A DNA stretch of 64,000 bases, taken from Patescibacteria group bacterium. GTDB lineage: Bacteria > Patescibacteriota > Microgenomatia > Levybacterales > UBA12049. The stretch lies in contig DASYZL010000006.1 in assembly GCA_035946335.1 (NCBI GenBank), positions 106,594 to 170,593 on the forward strand. The letters are read 5' to 3'. The notes beneath the pieces are model-generated. The model had not been told where the DNA came from and did not search any database. It saw only the letters and a list, made by a program, of their open reading frames with translations. Both the position numbers and the translations under genes were made by a program. Below are positions 10,501 to 18,918 of the stretch, piece after piece (the stretch's first letter is position 1; every line of letters begins with the position of its first letter).

Positions 10501-10544
10501 ATTGTAAGTTAGGAACATCCATTTCCTCATCTTTAAATGAATAA
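7521..10544 (+). CDS. UvrD/PcrA-family SF1 helicase fused to a C-terminal Cas4/AddB-like PD-(D/E)xK nuclease with a four-Cys Fe-S cluster
   Basis: N-terminal GPGTGKT Walker A, DEHQDTN and UvrD motifs. The C-terminus has RecB-nuclease motifs (GRVDLLE, IHDFK, QxxxY as RQLLFY) plus Cys at YLECPRK and the terminal GCEKTDCRYCK. Start trimmed to the ATG at 7521; the track began at GTG 7500. Confidence 0.8.
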   Translation: MNTEVFDKQYKTLNPLQKQAVDTIEGPVMVIAGPGTGKTQILTLRIANILLKSQVNPQNILALTFTESAVAAMRKRLVAFIGTPAYRVEINTFHGFCNDIIKRFPDNFQSLIAADSITEIEQIQIIEEIITNNDFTILKPIGDTLYYIRSLLSAINELKKESVTPQNFLQGLGEMEKDIQQQDDLYHTKGPHKGKMKGMYGAQLKNIAKNKEVAKAYELYEKMLTEKKAYDFNDMLLVVNKTLQHTPDVLLQLQEQYQYILVDEHQDTNASQNILLELLTSFHPSPNLFVVGDEKQAIYRFQGASLENFLYFQKKYPAASLITLTENYRSTQTILDTAIGMMGKSNVLPGILGRGVQLTSQKTFKEKKISVAQLSTYESEFAWVVTDMQKNIANGISPSTIAVLVRKNKDIVPLVNFFDLLRIPYVIESDQDILTDFAIQQLITILRATENIGSDEELILAFHCNFFHIDAMDIYRLLVYSQENKTSIWELLTVSKKTDIQLISRKNIQRTIQLLQKWHTDTSNMPFDQFMKIILQESSLLVTLLQENNGLIHLENIKRLFQEVYVRQERNPLFSLSDFLRYIDTLQEHHIRIQHTPTIQKNGVHILTAHKAKGLEFDYVYILQLFEGHWGNARKGIGSIVIPWSYLKRTLELPTKEDIYEDERRLFFVALTRAKKHITISYATHSIDGKEQIPSLFLSEIDQQFVDYLQTDDFEQQFVLNPSFSLMPTATITTKQKEQAYEKHKQFFWDLFMKRGLSPTGLDNYLECPRKYFFVNLLNIPDVPTEKELFGRVIHHALGSFFRKTLPDRTKEYLLQRFSMNVKELPVPPLMKRRLQTEGEKILTGFYENTIVHINTNVMSELLVRGVTFDNDIILKGRVDLLEKHEADNTYIIHDFKVSKPISRNAMEGLAGDKNYKRQLLFYKLMLEKMGKYQVTNGIIDFVEPDEKGRYKSELFSLEEKDIEALKTLLRKIANEIRNLSFLEKGCEKTDCRYCKLGTSISSSLNE

Positions 10545-10670
10545 TTATGCTGCAATTCAACGCTCCTCTGTGCTTGGAAATGGTAAAAAAGAACAAATTA
10601 TTGAAGTTTTCTCAGGTTCTTCACCATTTCCAATTGCCACTTAATTTTTGCTTTCAACACCATTTTCATC

Positions 10671-10676
10671 TATAAT
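10671..10676 (+). promoter_or_regulatory. -10 hexamer TATAAT immediately upstream of the rnpB 5' end
   Basis: TATAAT at about 10671-10676; the P1 helix of RNase P RNA begins at about 10681. Confidence 0.35.
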
Positions 10677-10680
10677 TCCC

Positions 10681-11029
10681 TTGTCCTAGGAAGATACGTC
10701 ACTACTGTCCGCAAGGATAGAGGAAAGTCCAGACAGGTGAAAAAACGGGGACGGAACGTAAGTTCCGACGAGTAATCGCTGGTGTTTCCCTTCTTTTTCC
10801 ACATATGGAAGGGAGAACACATTTTGGAATAACAAAATGTGAGAGCAACAGAGACGAGTGGATATGAAACGGGCAATCCCACCTGCTGCAACCTCCGAAC
10901 GTGTGCGTTGATATGTTTTTCAGGAGCACCGATGAGAGGGCACCACGTCAAATCGTGGCAGGAATGACAATATCATTTCTGAGATAGATTGTGACATAAC
11001 AGAATCTGGCTTACTCCTTCCTAGGACAA
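10681..11029 (+). ncRNA. rnpB: RNase P RNA (bacterial type A-like)
   Basis: P1 helix TTGTCCTAGGAAG (10681-10693) pairs perfectly with CTTCCTAGGACAA (11017-11029). P4 strands AGGAAAGTCCAGAC and ACAGAATCTGGCTTA match the universally conserved GGAAAGTCCGG / ACAGAAcCCGGCTTA, with compensatory CCGG to CCAG/CTGG changes. Confidence 0.8.
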
Positions 11030-11088
11030 ATATACAAAATATATCAAAGTGAAAAGGGTAAGCAGACGCCCATAAGGGCTATAATAAG

Positions 11089-12108
11089 CTATTTTTCTAT
11101 TTTTCCCAGTGAGAACTCCAAAAGAATTTTAATAATTGCAGCAATCGGCACGGCAAGAATAAGTCCTAAAATCCCCCATAGGTGTCCTCCTGCGATCACT
11201 GATAAAAAGACAACAAATGCAGGAAGCTTGACAATCTTTCCCATGATATGCGGGATAACTACGTAATCTTCTATTTGGCGAAAAATAAAATAAATGATAG
11301 CAATAATAATTGCGCACTGAAATGCATTCAAACCAAAATTAGCGTGTCCGGTAATCAGAAGGACAAAAATACTCACAACAGCTGCAGTAATGGGGCCGAC
11401 AATCGGCACAAGCTCTGCAAGCCCTGAAAAAACAGCTAGCACACCTGAAAATCGCACCCCTAAAATGACTAAGGGAATAAAAATGGCAACAGACATCAGA
11501 CATATAAGAAATAGCTGTCCCCGCAAATACTGTGCGAATACTGTGTTGAATTTCTGGAACAATGTTTCTACTTCACTTTTATAGCGTGCAGGAATAAATT
11601 CTAATCCTTCTTTGTACATCGAATTTCCATCCTGAAGAAAATAAAATCCTGAGACAAGAAAAATGAAAAAGTTAATAATACGGGATACTGCTTTGGGAAA
11701 ATACGGCAGTAATGAGAGAGACGAACCGAACTGTGAATGCTGCAGTGCAACAAGCATACTTCGCGCAGAGGGACGAAGCCAGTCAGGAAGCGTATTGATT
11801 TGACTCTTTGTTGTTAGAAGAAGTGATGTTGCATAAGAGCGAATCTCAGAAGACTCCACAAATAACGTACGGGCAACAATAGTTCCTATACAGATAAGAA
11901 TCGTCATGAGTACGAGATATACGATAAAAACCGCAATTGATCGGGGAAGTTTTGCTTTTTTGGAAAAGAAATTGACAATTGGATTAAACAAATAAGCAAA
12001 AATTCCACCAATGACTATTGGAGCGAGGAGTGATCGTTCAATATAAATGAGCCACAAGAGAGATACTCCAAGAAGAAGATAAAATATAGTTCGCAAACGA
12101 ACTGTCAT
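11089..12108 (-). CDS. AI-2E family transporter (PerM/UPF0118)
   Basis: 339 aa, about 8 TM helices with the typical AI-2E layout. A TATAAT lies 10 nt upstream of the ATG (12119-12124 on the minus strand). Confidence 0.75.
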   Translation of the reverse strand: MTVRLRTIFYLLLGVSLLWLIYIERSLLAPIVIGGIFAYLFNPIVNFFSKKAKLPRSIAVFIVYLVLMTILICIGTIVARTLFVESSEIRSYATSLLLTTKSQINTLPDWLRPSARSMLVALQHSQFGSSLSLLPYFPKAVSRIINFFIFLVSGFYFLQDGNSMYKEGLEFIPARYKSEVETLFQKFNTVFAQYLRGQLFLICLMSVAIFIPLVILGVRFSGVLAVFSGLAELVPIVGPITAAVVSIFVLLITGHANFGLNAFQCAIIIAIIYFIFRQIEDYVVIPHIMGKIVKLPAFVVFLSVIAGGHLWGILGLILAVPIAAIIKILLEFSLGKIEK

Positions 12109-12170
12109 AGCAGCCTTTATTATACTCTCTGTTAAACTCCCTTGTCCAGAATCTTGCCAAAAAGTAATAG

Positions 12171-12953
12171 CTAGCTACTCGCGCTGCTATAAAAGCGTAG
12201 AGCGGATTGCCAGCACCGAAAACTGACAACAAACAGTACGACACACAGTAACAGGGCAATGAGAAGTATCGAGGGCTGCAAAACTCCCATGAGTGCTTTC
12301 GCCGGAATTGTCATCATGATGCCAACAGGAATGATAAAGGTAATAACACTATGAAGTGGTTCTTTATAGACATCAACCGGCACCCGTCCCATTGCCGTAA
12401 GGTCACGGTATAACATTGTTGCATTATCAATTTCCGTCGTCACAACTCCAAGGGAGAGAATGAGAATATGGAAAGAAACAGCGATAACAAATGCATTCAA
12501 CAGAAGAAGGATATATATAAGAATATCTACCGCTGTAATATTCATTAAATGCGAAATGGTAACGCCAATAGCAACAACGGAAATACATAACATGGGGAGA
12601 TCGAGAATATCAGTTCCGCCAAAAAGAGATCGAAAGAGTGGAGAAAATGGACGGAGAAGAAAATAGTCAAAATCGCCTGAAACAACATACCGCCTGAAGT
12701 TATATACTTCCCGCATGAAAAACTGCGGTAATGTATCCATCAACTGGTACGTCAGGTAGAAAAAAATAATTTGCCATTGTGTATATCCAGCAATATGTTT
12801 TATTTGCGTCGAAATAATGGTTAAAAAGAACAGGAAAAAACTGAAGCGTAATATTTTTCCTGTGACAAGAATAAATGCACCAAAACGCGATGCAATCGAT
12901 GACTGCGACGCATTACCAGCAAGAAGCCACCAGATTTTTGCATATTTCTTCAT
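12171..12953 (-). CDS. ABC-2 family transporter permease
   Basis: 260 aa, six TM helices; operonic with the next permease and the ABC ATPase. Confidence 0.6.
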   Translation of the reverse strand: MKKYAKIWWLLAGNASQSSIASRFGAFILVTGKILRFSFFLFFLTIISTQIKHIAGYTQWQIIFFYLTYQLMDTLPQFFMREVYNFRRYVVSGDFDYFLLRPFSPLFRSLFGGTDILDLPMLCISVVAIGVTISHLMNITAVDILIYILLLLNAFVIAVSFHILILSLGVVTTEIDNATMLYRDLTAMGRVPVDVYKEPLHSVITFIIPVGIMMTIPAKALMGVLQPSILLIALLLCVVLFVVSFRCWQSALRFYSSASS

Positions 12954-12954
12954 A

Positions 12955-13749
12955 TTATCTTCCGCTTGCGCTATATACCTTCATTCCTTTTTTCCAAACA
13001 AACTGACAACTGCGCTCCAGGATAAAAATCCATAGAATGGTTGTAGCAAAACCCCAAAAAAGAGCAACAGCGGTTACCTGTCCTAAATAAATTTTCATCG
13101 GAAAGTAGAGAAGATATGTCACCGGGAGTAGTTGAAAAACAGAAAACAGGGAACTGGGCAAAAGGTTTAAGGGGAAAAGTCCTCCTGCAAAAAAGGTTAA
13201 AAGAATGGTTAATAGAAACCGTAGCGGCCAGACTTCATCGATCCAAAAAGCCATAAGACTGACAAAAAGATTGATAAAAAAATTAAGGATTATTGCGAAA
13301 AAAACACTACAAAAAAAGAAGAGCAAAAATACAGCATTATTTTGTAATACAAAAGGCGGCTTCAGTATAAGAAACAGGATAGTAATTTCAACAGCAGCAA
13401 AACAAGCATTCATTAATTTATCGCCAATATCCTTTGCAAAATAATAACGAAAATAATTGAGGGGTCGCAGCAAATAATTGCTCAGGTCCCCGCTTTCAAT
13501 ATCATCTCCTATTTGAAAACTACGATTACTAAAAATAAGAGAGGAGATAACTGCTCCTCCTAAAATATACGTCAATATCATTGCCTGTGAGTATCCTCCC
13601 AACATTGTTTTTGGTGGAAGCACAGCAAGCCAGAGAAAATATGAGGTGAGGAGTAAGAATATTTGCCGTATCCGCCAAAGACTAAAATTCAACCGGTATA
13701 TGACAATTTCATCCCAGGCGCTTTTTGCAATCAAAAAATATTTTTTCAT
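12955..13749 (-). CDS. ABC-2 family transporter permease
   Basis: 264 aa polytopic membrane protein directly upstream of its paralogue. Confidence 0.6.
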   Translation of the reverse strand: MKKYFLIAKSAWDEIVIYRLNFSLWRIRQIFLLLTSYFLWLAVLPPKTMLGGYSQAMILTYILGGAVISSLIFSNRSFQIGDDIESGDLSNYLLRPLNYFRYYFAKDIGDKLMNACFAAVEITILFLILKPPFVLQNNAVFLLFFFCSVFFAIILNFFINLFVSLMAFWIDEVWPLRFLLTILLTFFAGGLFPLNLLPSSLFSVFQLLPVTYLLYFPMKIYLGQVTAVALFWGFATTILWIFILERSCQFVWKKGMKVYSASGR

Positions 13750-13790
13750 TATGCCTTACCAATATTGGACAAGATTTTTGAACACATATA

Positions 13791-14774
13791 TTATTCATTT
13801 GCCTTAACAAACACATCACGGATAATATCTTCAATGTCCGGGTCTTCGATGGTAATGTCCGCAATAGAAAATGATTTGAGAAGATTTGCAATCGTTTCAT
13901 TTGCTTTTGCTTGGGAGACACGAAGCAAAAGCTGCCCGGATTGAAATTCTTTTATTTCTCCTTCCAACTTTTCTATTTTTTTTTGGTCTGGTGTCTCGCG
14001 GAAAACAACAGAAATTAATTTATAGGGTGCAAATTTTTTCACCAGATGCGAAAGCAACCCGTCAAAAAGAATGGTTCCATGATTAATAATAATGACTCGC
14101 TTACAAAGAGCTTCAACATCTCCCATATAGTGGCTTGTTAAAATAATCGTTGCTTTATACTTTTCATTGTATGCTTTGATAAACTCCCGCAATTTTTTTT
14201 GCATAACAACATCAAGACCAATTGTCGGTTCGTCCAAAAAAAGTACTTTAGGATTATGTAAAAGCGCTGCAACAAGTTCGCATTTCATGCGTTGTCCTAA
14301 GGAAAGCTTACGCACTTGCACTTTGAGAATATCTGCGATATCCAGAAGTTCCACCAGATCCCGAAGCGTTTGATCAAACTGCTCTTGCGATACTTCGTAA
14401 ATTTCCTTATTCAGAAGAAACGTTTCCATTGGAGGCAAATCCCACCATAGCTGATTCTTTTGTCCCATTACCAGTGAGATTTGCTTGAGAAATTGTTTTT
14501 TCCGCTCAAACGGTGTATACCCCAATACTTGCACTTTTCCAGAAGAAGGGTACAAAAGACCAGAAAGCATTTTTAACGTTGTTGTTTTCCCTGCACCGTT
14601 CGGCCCGATAAATCCGATAAGTTCTCCCTCCGTAATGTCAAAAGAAACATCTTTGACTGCTTGAATTGTTTGGTATTTTCTCGCAACCAACGATTTTATC
14701 GAGCCAAAAAAGCCTGGTTCTTTCTGGTACGTTTTATATTGTTTTGACAAGTGTGAAACACTAATAATCGCCAT
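13791..14774 (-). CDS. ABC transporter ATP-binding protein
   Basis: Walker A GPNGAGKTT, signature LSLGQRMK and Walker B LFLDEPTIGLD. Start trimmed to MAIISVSHL (the track started at 14816). A TATAAT lies 1 nt upstream of the preceding in-frame ATG, so the transcript probably starts at this Met (leaderless). Confidence 0.85.
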   Translation of the reverse strand: MAIISVSHLSKQYKTYQKEPGFFGSIKSLVARKYQTIQAVKDVSFDITEGELIGFIGPNGAGKTTTLKMLSGLLYPSSGKVQVLGYTPFERKKQFLKQISLVMGQKNQLWWDLPPMETFLLNKEIYEVSQEQFDQTLRDLVELLDIADILKVQVRKLSLGQRMKCELVAALLHNPKVLFLDEPTIGLDVVMQKKLREFIKAYNEKYKATIILTSHYMGDVEALCKRVIIINHGTILFDGLLSHLVKKFAPYKLISVVFRETPDQKKIEKLEGEIKEFQSGQLLLRVSQAKANETIANLLKSFSIADITIEDPDIEDIIRDVFVKANE

Positions 14775-14792
14775 AACCATTATTATAAACCA

Positions 14793-14830
14793 AAAAGAAG
14801 ACCTTCGTATAGACAAGGCCTTCTTTTTGT
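14793..14830 (-). terminator. Rho-independent terminator downstream of hup
   Basis: On the minus strand: AAGAAGGCC, a 13-nt loop, GGUCUUCUU (9 bp including one G-U) followed by UUUUU. Confidence 0.5.
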
Positions 14831-14841
14831 TGTGAGCAGTT

Positions 14842-15114
14842 TTATCGAACCACCTTTTTTAGTGTTTTTCCTGGAGTAAATCCCGGAGCTTTTCTGGCAG
14901 CAATAGTAATCTTTGCGCCTGTTTTCGGATTACGGCCGGGTCGGGCTGCTCGTTTACGAACGGAAAAAGTTCCAAAGCCGGTAATTACCACCTTTTCCCC
15001 GCGTTTTAATGAATCGCGAACAGCATTAAGAAATGCTTGAACAGAATCTCGAGAAGCTTTATTCGTAAGATTTGCTTTTTTTGCAACAAGATCAATCAAA
15101 TCTCTTTTTGTCAT
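14842..15114 (-). CDS. hup: DNA-binding protein HU
   Basis: 90 aa; HU/IHF family signature ...GFGTFSVRKRAARPGRNPKTGAKITI... Confidence 0.9.
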   Translation of the reverse strand: MTKRDLIDLVAKKANLTNKASRDSVQAFLNAVRDSLKRGEKVVITGFGTFSVRKRAARPGRNPKTGAKITIAARKAPGFTPGKTLKKVVR

Positions 15115-15221
15115 ACACTCACCTCCTTCTGGACAGAATCAATTGGATCTACAATACAACGTAAATGAACAGTTTGTCAAGAGAACAAAGCAGATCAGAT
15201 GATACTGACAATGAATACTAT

Positions 15222-16466
15222 TTATGCAGCTAAATTTTCCCCAACAACAGCACGGAATTCCCGGATCGCTGTTACTTTCACTTCTCCAGGAATCGCAAGT
15301 GCCTGGCTAATTTCATCCCGAAGTTTTTTTGCAAGAATGATTGTTTGAGCATCATCTAAAATACCAGGATCAATGATTACCCGTAATTCTCGACCAGCTT
15401 CAAATGCGTATGCATCTTCAACGCCTTCATATTTTTTTGCCATATCTTCCATTTCTTTTAACCGCTTCGCGTAATTCTCAACGTCTTCATAGCGTGCGCC
15501 CGGTCTCCCGCCGGATACCTGATCAGCGATATGTACGATAACTGATTCAATACTCGAGAACGGTTTATCTTCATGATGTTCTGCAACGCAATTAATAATT
15601 GCTTCTGGAATATTATAGCGCTTAAGCAAATCAACGCCTAACTTGACATGGCTTCCTTCTCCCTCAACAACTTTACCGATGTCATGAAACAAACAGCCAA
15701 GTTTGACAATATTGACATCAGCACCAATTTCTTCTGCAATGTGCATGCCGATTTTTGTTACCTCCAAAGAATGTGTTACCAGATTTTGTCCATAAGACGT
15801 TCTGAATTTGAATCGTCCCAATGTTTTGATTAAATCTACCGGCAAATTATATACACTAACCTCATGTGCTAACTTTTCACCTTCCTGGAACATAATTGTT
15901 TCAACTTCCTCTTTTACTTGATTCACAACTTCTTCTATGCGGAAGGGTTGAATGCGAGTATCTTTCAGGAGCATTTCCACAGCACGTCTAGCAATTTCGC
16001 GCCGTACTGAGTCAAATGATGAAAGTCTGATAACTCCTTCTTCGTCCAAGTCAATATCAACACCTGTTGCGCTTTCAAGTGCACGAATATTACGTCCCTC
16101 TTTACCGATAATCCGCCCTTTCATTTCCTCGTCTTGAACTTTGATGATAGAGACGGTAAATTCCGCAACATAATTAATTGCACCGTGGCGCATTGCTTCT
16201 ACTAAAATTTCCTGCGCTTTCCTGTCTGATGTTGCTTTTGCCTCTTCTTCACGTTCCCGGATAATTTTTGCAATAGCGGCAGATTCTGATTGCTCAACTT
16301 CGCGTAACAATGCTGTTTTTGCTTCTTCCTGGGTAAGATGCGCAACATTCTGGAGTTTTTCTTTGTAGTTCTCTTTCTCTTTTTCCAGTTTTTCTTTTAA
16401 TACATCAAGCTTTTCCTGTTTTTCGAGGAGTTTTTTCTCTAGTTCTAGAATATCTGTTTGTGCCAT
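15222..16466 (-). CDS. rny: Ribonuclease Y (KH + HD domains), without the usual N-terminal TM helix
   Basis: 414 aa; coiled-coil region, KH domain (GKEGRNIRALESATGVDIDLD) and HD domain (HSLEVTKIGMHIAEE...CLFHDIGK). It sits just downstream of recA-recX as in Firmicutes. Confidence 0.85.
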   Translation of the reverse strand: MAQTDILELEKKLLEKQEKLDVLKEKLEKEKENYKEKLQNVAHLTQEEAKTALLREVEQSESAAIAKIIREREEEAKATSDRKAQEILVEAMRHGAINYVAEFTVSIIKVQDEEMKGRIIGKEGRNIRALESATGVDIDLDEEGVIRLSSFDSVRREIARRAVEMLLKDTRIQPFRIEEVVNQVKEEVETIMFQEGEKLAHEVSVYNLPVDLIKTLGRFKFRTSYGQNLVTHSLEVTKIGMHIAEEIGADVNIVKLGCLFHDIGKVVEGEGSHVKLGVDLLKRYNIPEAIINCVAEHHEDKPFSSIESVIVHIADQVSGGRPGARYEDVENYAKRLKEMEDMAKKYEGVEDAYAFEAGRELRVIIDPGILDDAQTIILAKKLRDEISQALAIPGEVKVTAIREFRAVVGENLAA

Positions 16467-16565
16467 ATATTTTACACAATAGGGGAAAAGCTATGTAGCT
16501 TTACAGTAAAAGAAGATAGTCAACCGTGAGTTTTCTCATACTGACCTCTTTGTGCTCTTATTATA

Positions 16566-17030
16566 CTATTTTCCAAAAACAGCGTCAATTGCTTCTTTGA
16601 TAACGTTCGCTGAGAACCCCCTTCTGCCTAAATAGCCACCTGCCCGTCTACACAAAACTTCCCGAGAAAAATTGTTAAATTGTTCCTTTTTTCTTTCTAA
16701 TAATGTTTTTGCATTTGCTGCATCATCTATTTTTTCATCAGGATTTGTTAAAACATTTTCCATAATATCTTCTGCAATGCCTTTTTGTTGCAACTCTCTT
16801 TTTAGTAACCACATACTTTTTGGTTTTGCATGTTGTCTTGCGTTGACCCAAGACAAGGCAAATCTTTTGTCATCAAGAAATTTTTGTTGGAGAAGTTGCG
16901 TAATAGTTTTTTCAATTTCTTCTTGAGGTATGCGTTTTTTTACCAGATATGTTTGTATTTCTGCAATAGAACGGAGTCGAAATCGTAAGTACCGTAGGGC
17001 TAAAAGATATCCTTTATTATTTTCTTCCAT
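16566..17030 (-). CDS. recX: RecA regulator RecX
   Basis: 154 aa; RecX helical repeats; immediately downstream of recA. Confidence 0.75.
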   Translation of the reverse strand: MEENNKGYLLALRYLRFRLRSIAEIQTYLVKKRIPQEEIEKTITQLLQQKFLDDKRFALSWVNARQHAKPKSMWLLKRELQQKGIAEDIMENVLTNPDEKIDDAANAKTLLERKKEQFNNFSREVLCRRAGGYLGRRGFSANVIKEAIDAVFGK

Positions 17031-17056
17031 ACTCCATGGAAATTCGTAGTCACGGA

Positions 17057-18172
17057 TTAGACTAATTGTGCTTCTGCATTCTTTTCATCTTCATCTTCGA
17101 TACCAACAGTCATTGGTACTCGTGTTTTGCTTTGTGCAAGAATATCAATAACAATTTTTTTCTCCAGTTCTTTATTGTCTTTCAACGTTCCTATTGCCGC
17201 TGCCCGTCCTTGCCCAAGCATTGTTTCCTCGTAGCGTAAAAACGCACCTGATTTACTGATAACGCCAAGTTCTATGCCAACATCCAGAATCCCGCCTTCA
17301 CGTGAAATACCATCCACTGAAACTTCGAATTCTGCAACACGAAATGGCACAGCAACTTTATTTTTGACAATTTTAACCCGGTGCCGCGAACCGACAACTT
17401 TGTCACCATTTTTGATCGTTTCAATTTTCCGTACATCCATGCGTACTGACGCATAGAACTTAAGCGCGAGTCCGCCGGTTGTTGTCTCAGGATTTCCAAA
17501 CATGACACCGATTTTTTGCCTGAGCTGATTAGTAAAAATAACAACGGTCTTCGACTTGGAAATGACGGCAGTTAATTTTCGAAGCGCCTGACTCATCAAC
17601 CGGGCTTGTAACCCAATAACCGCTTCTCCCATTTCGCCTTCTATTTCTGCACGCGGCACAAGCGCTGCAACCGAATCTATGACTAACACATCAATCCCGC
17701 CGCTTCGAACCAAACTTTCCGTAATTTCCAATGCCTGTTCGCCGGTATCAGGCTGCGAAATTAACATCTCATTCAACTTGACGCCAACCTGCTCTGCCCA
17801 CAACGGATCAAGCGCATGTTCCGCATCGATAAACGCAGCAACACCTCCGTGCTTTTGTGCTTGCGCAATAACAGAAAGGCAAATTGTTGTTTTCCCGGAT
17901 GCTTCAGGTCCATAAATTTCTATAATTCGCCCCCGAGGCAATCCTCCAGCGCCAAGGGCAATATCCAATGGGAGCGAACCGGTAGAGATGACGGAGATAT
18001 CCAATTTTTGTGCTGCCTCACCGAACCGCATGATTGCTCCACGTCCATACTGCTTTTCGATTGCCTCCATGGCAAGACGAACCGCATCCATTTTTTGCTG
18101 TGCCTCTTTGTCAGCTACGGGAGCAACTTTTGGTGTTTGTGAATTTTTCGGCATGCGTTTAATCACCCCCAT
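17057..18172 (-). CDS. recA: Recombinase RecA
   Basis: 371 aa; GPEASGKTT Walker A and the conserved RecA core, including the L1/L2 loop regions. Confidence 0.95.
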   Translation of the reverse strand: MGVIKRMPKNSQTPKVAPVADKEAQQKMDAVRLAMEAIEKQYGRGAIMRFGEAAQKLDISVISTGSLPLDIALGAGGLPRGRIIEIYGPEASGKTTICLSVIAQAQKHGGVAAFIDAEHALDPLWAEQVGVKLNEMLISQPDTGEQALEITESLVRSGGIDVLVIDSVAALVPRAEIEGEMGEAVIGLQARLMSQALRKLTAVISKSKTVVIFTNQLRQKIGVMFGNPETTTGGLALKFYASVRMDVRKIETIKNGDKVVGSRHRVKIVKNKVAVPFRVAEFEVSVDGISREGGILDVGIELGVISKSGAFLRYEETMLGQGRAAAIGTLKDNKELEKKIVIDILAQSKTRVPMTVGIEDEDEKNAEAQLV

Positions 18173-18219
18173 AGTAGCAACTTTGTGCTAAAATGCAATA
18201 TATCGAAGTGGTACACTTT

Positions 18220-18291
18220 CGGGGCGTAGTTCATCGGTAGAACGCTCGGATGGGGTCCGAGAAGTAGCATGTTCAATTCATGTCGCCCCGA
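18220..18291 (+). tRNA. tRNA-Pro (anticodon GGG); CCA not encoded
   Basis: Manual cloverleaf fold. Acceptor CGGGGCG/CGCCCCG (7 bp), D-stem GTTC/GAAC, anticodon stem CTCGG/CCGAG with loop AT-GGG-GT (G37), T-stem GCATG/CATGT with loop TTCAATT, discriminator A. Confidence 0.75.
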
Positions 18292-18297
18292 CAGAAA

Positions 18298-18912
18298 TTA
18301 TACTTCCATTTCTCTGCCTGTTTCTGCTTTTCTAAAATCCATTCCTTTCTGAGCAAAATAGTCTTGCATACTGTCATACATCTTTTTCCTGAAATCATCT
18401 TTCCATGTACTGTCATGAATCGGAATAATGACTTTTGGTTTTATTTTCTCCGCTACCTCAATTGCCCATGTTGTACTTCCCCATGGGGCAGTAACAGGAA
18501 GGGCAAGAATCTGCGCTGCTTTTTCAAATGATAATGAATCACCTGGATGTGATAATGTTCCAAAAAGGGTTACCATAACGTTCTGTACTCTTCCGCCCAT
18601 CCATGCTTTTTCATGGGGATATGCTTTCAGTGAAATTATTTCGGTGCCCTCTGTTTGAACAGCAATGTTTTCTTTTGCAAGGATTAATTTCACGCTTTCT
18701 GTACTGAAAATTTTCAATCGTGGAAATTGATCATACAATTTTTTTACTGTAGGAATATCAAAATGATCTGGGTGTTCGTGCGTAATTGCTATGGCATCAA
18801 GATCATGAAAAACCGGTAAAACCTCGACGCTATACCTTCCCGGATCAAGAAGTATTGTTTTTTCGTTCTCTTTGATGAGAAGGCATGAATGGAGATACTT
18901 TGTAATTTTCAT
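18298..18912 (-). CDS. MBL-fold metallo-hydrolase
   Basis: 204 aa; the HxHxDH motif appears as ITHEHPDHFD. Confidence 0.7.
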   Translation of the reverse strand: MKITKYLHSCLLIKENEKTILLDPGRYSVEVLPVFHDLDAIAITHEHPDHFDIPTVKKLYDQFPRLKIFSTESVKLILAKENIAVQTEGTEIISLKAYPHEKAWMGGRVQNVMVTLFGTLSHPGDSLSFEKAAQILALPVTAPWGSTTWAIEVAEKIKPKVIIPIHDSTWKDDFRKKMYDSMQDYFAQKGMDFRKAETGREMEV

Positions 18913-18918
18913 GAACGC

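Noticed and set aside
10670-10951. Track ORFs 10670-10951 and 10702-10929 (minus, 93 and 75 aa)
   Set aside because: They lie entirely inside the RNase P RNA gene, antisense to it, and have no protein-like composition.
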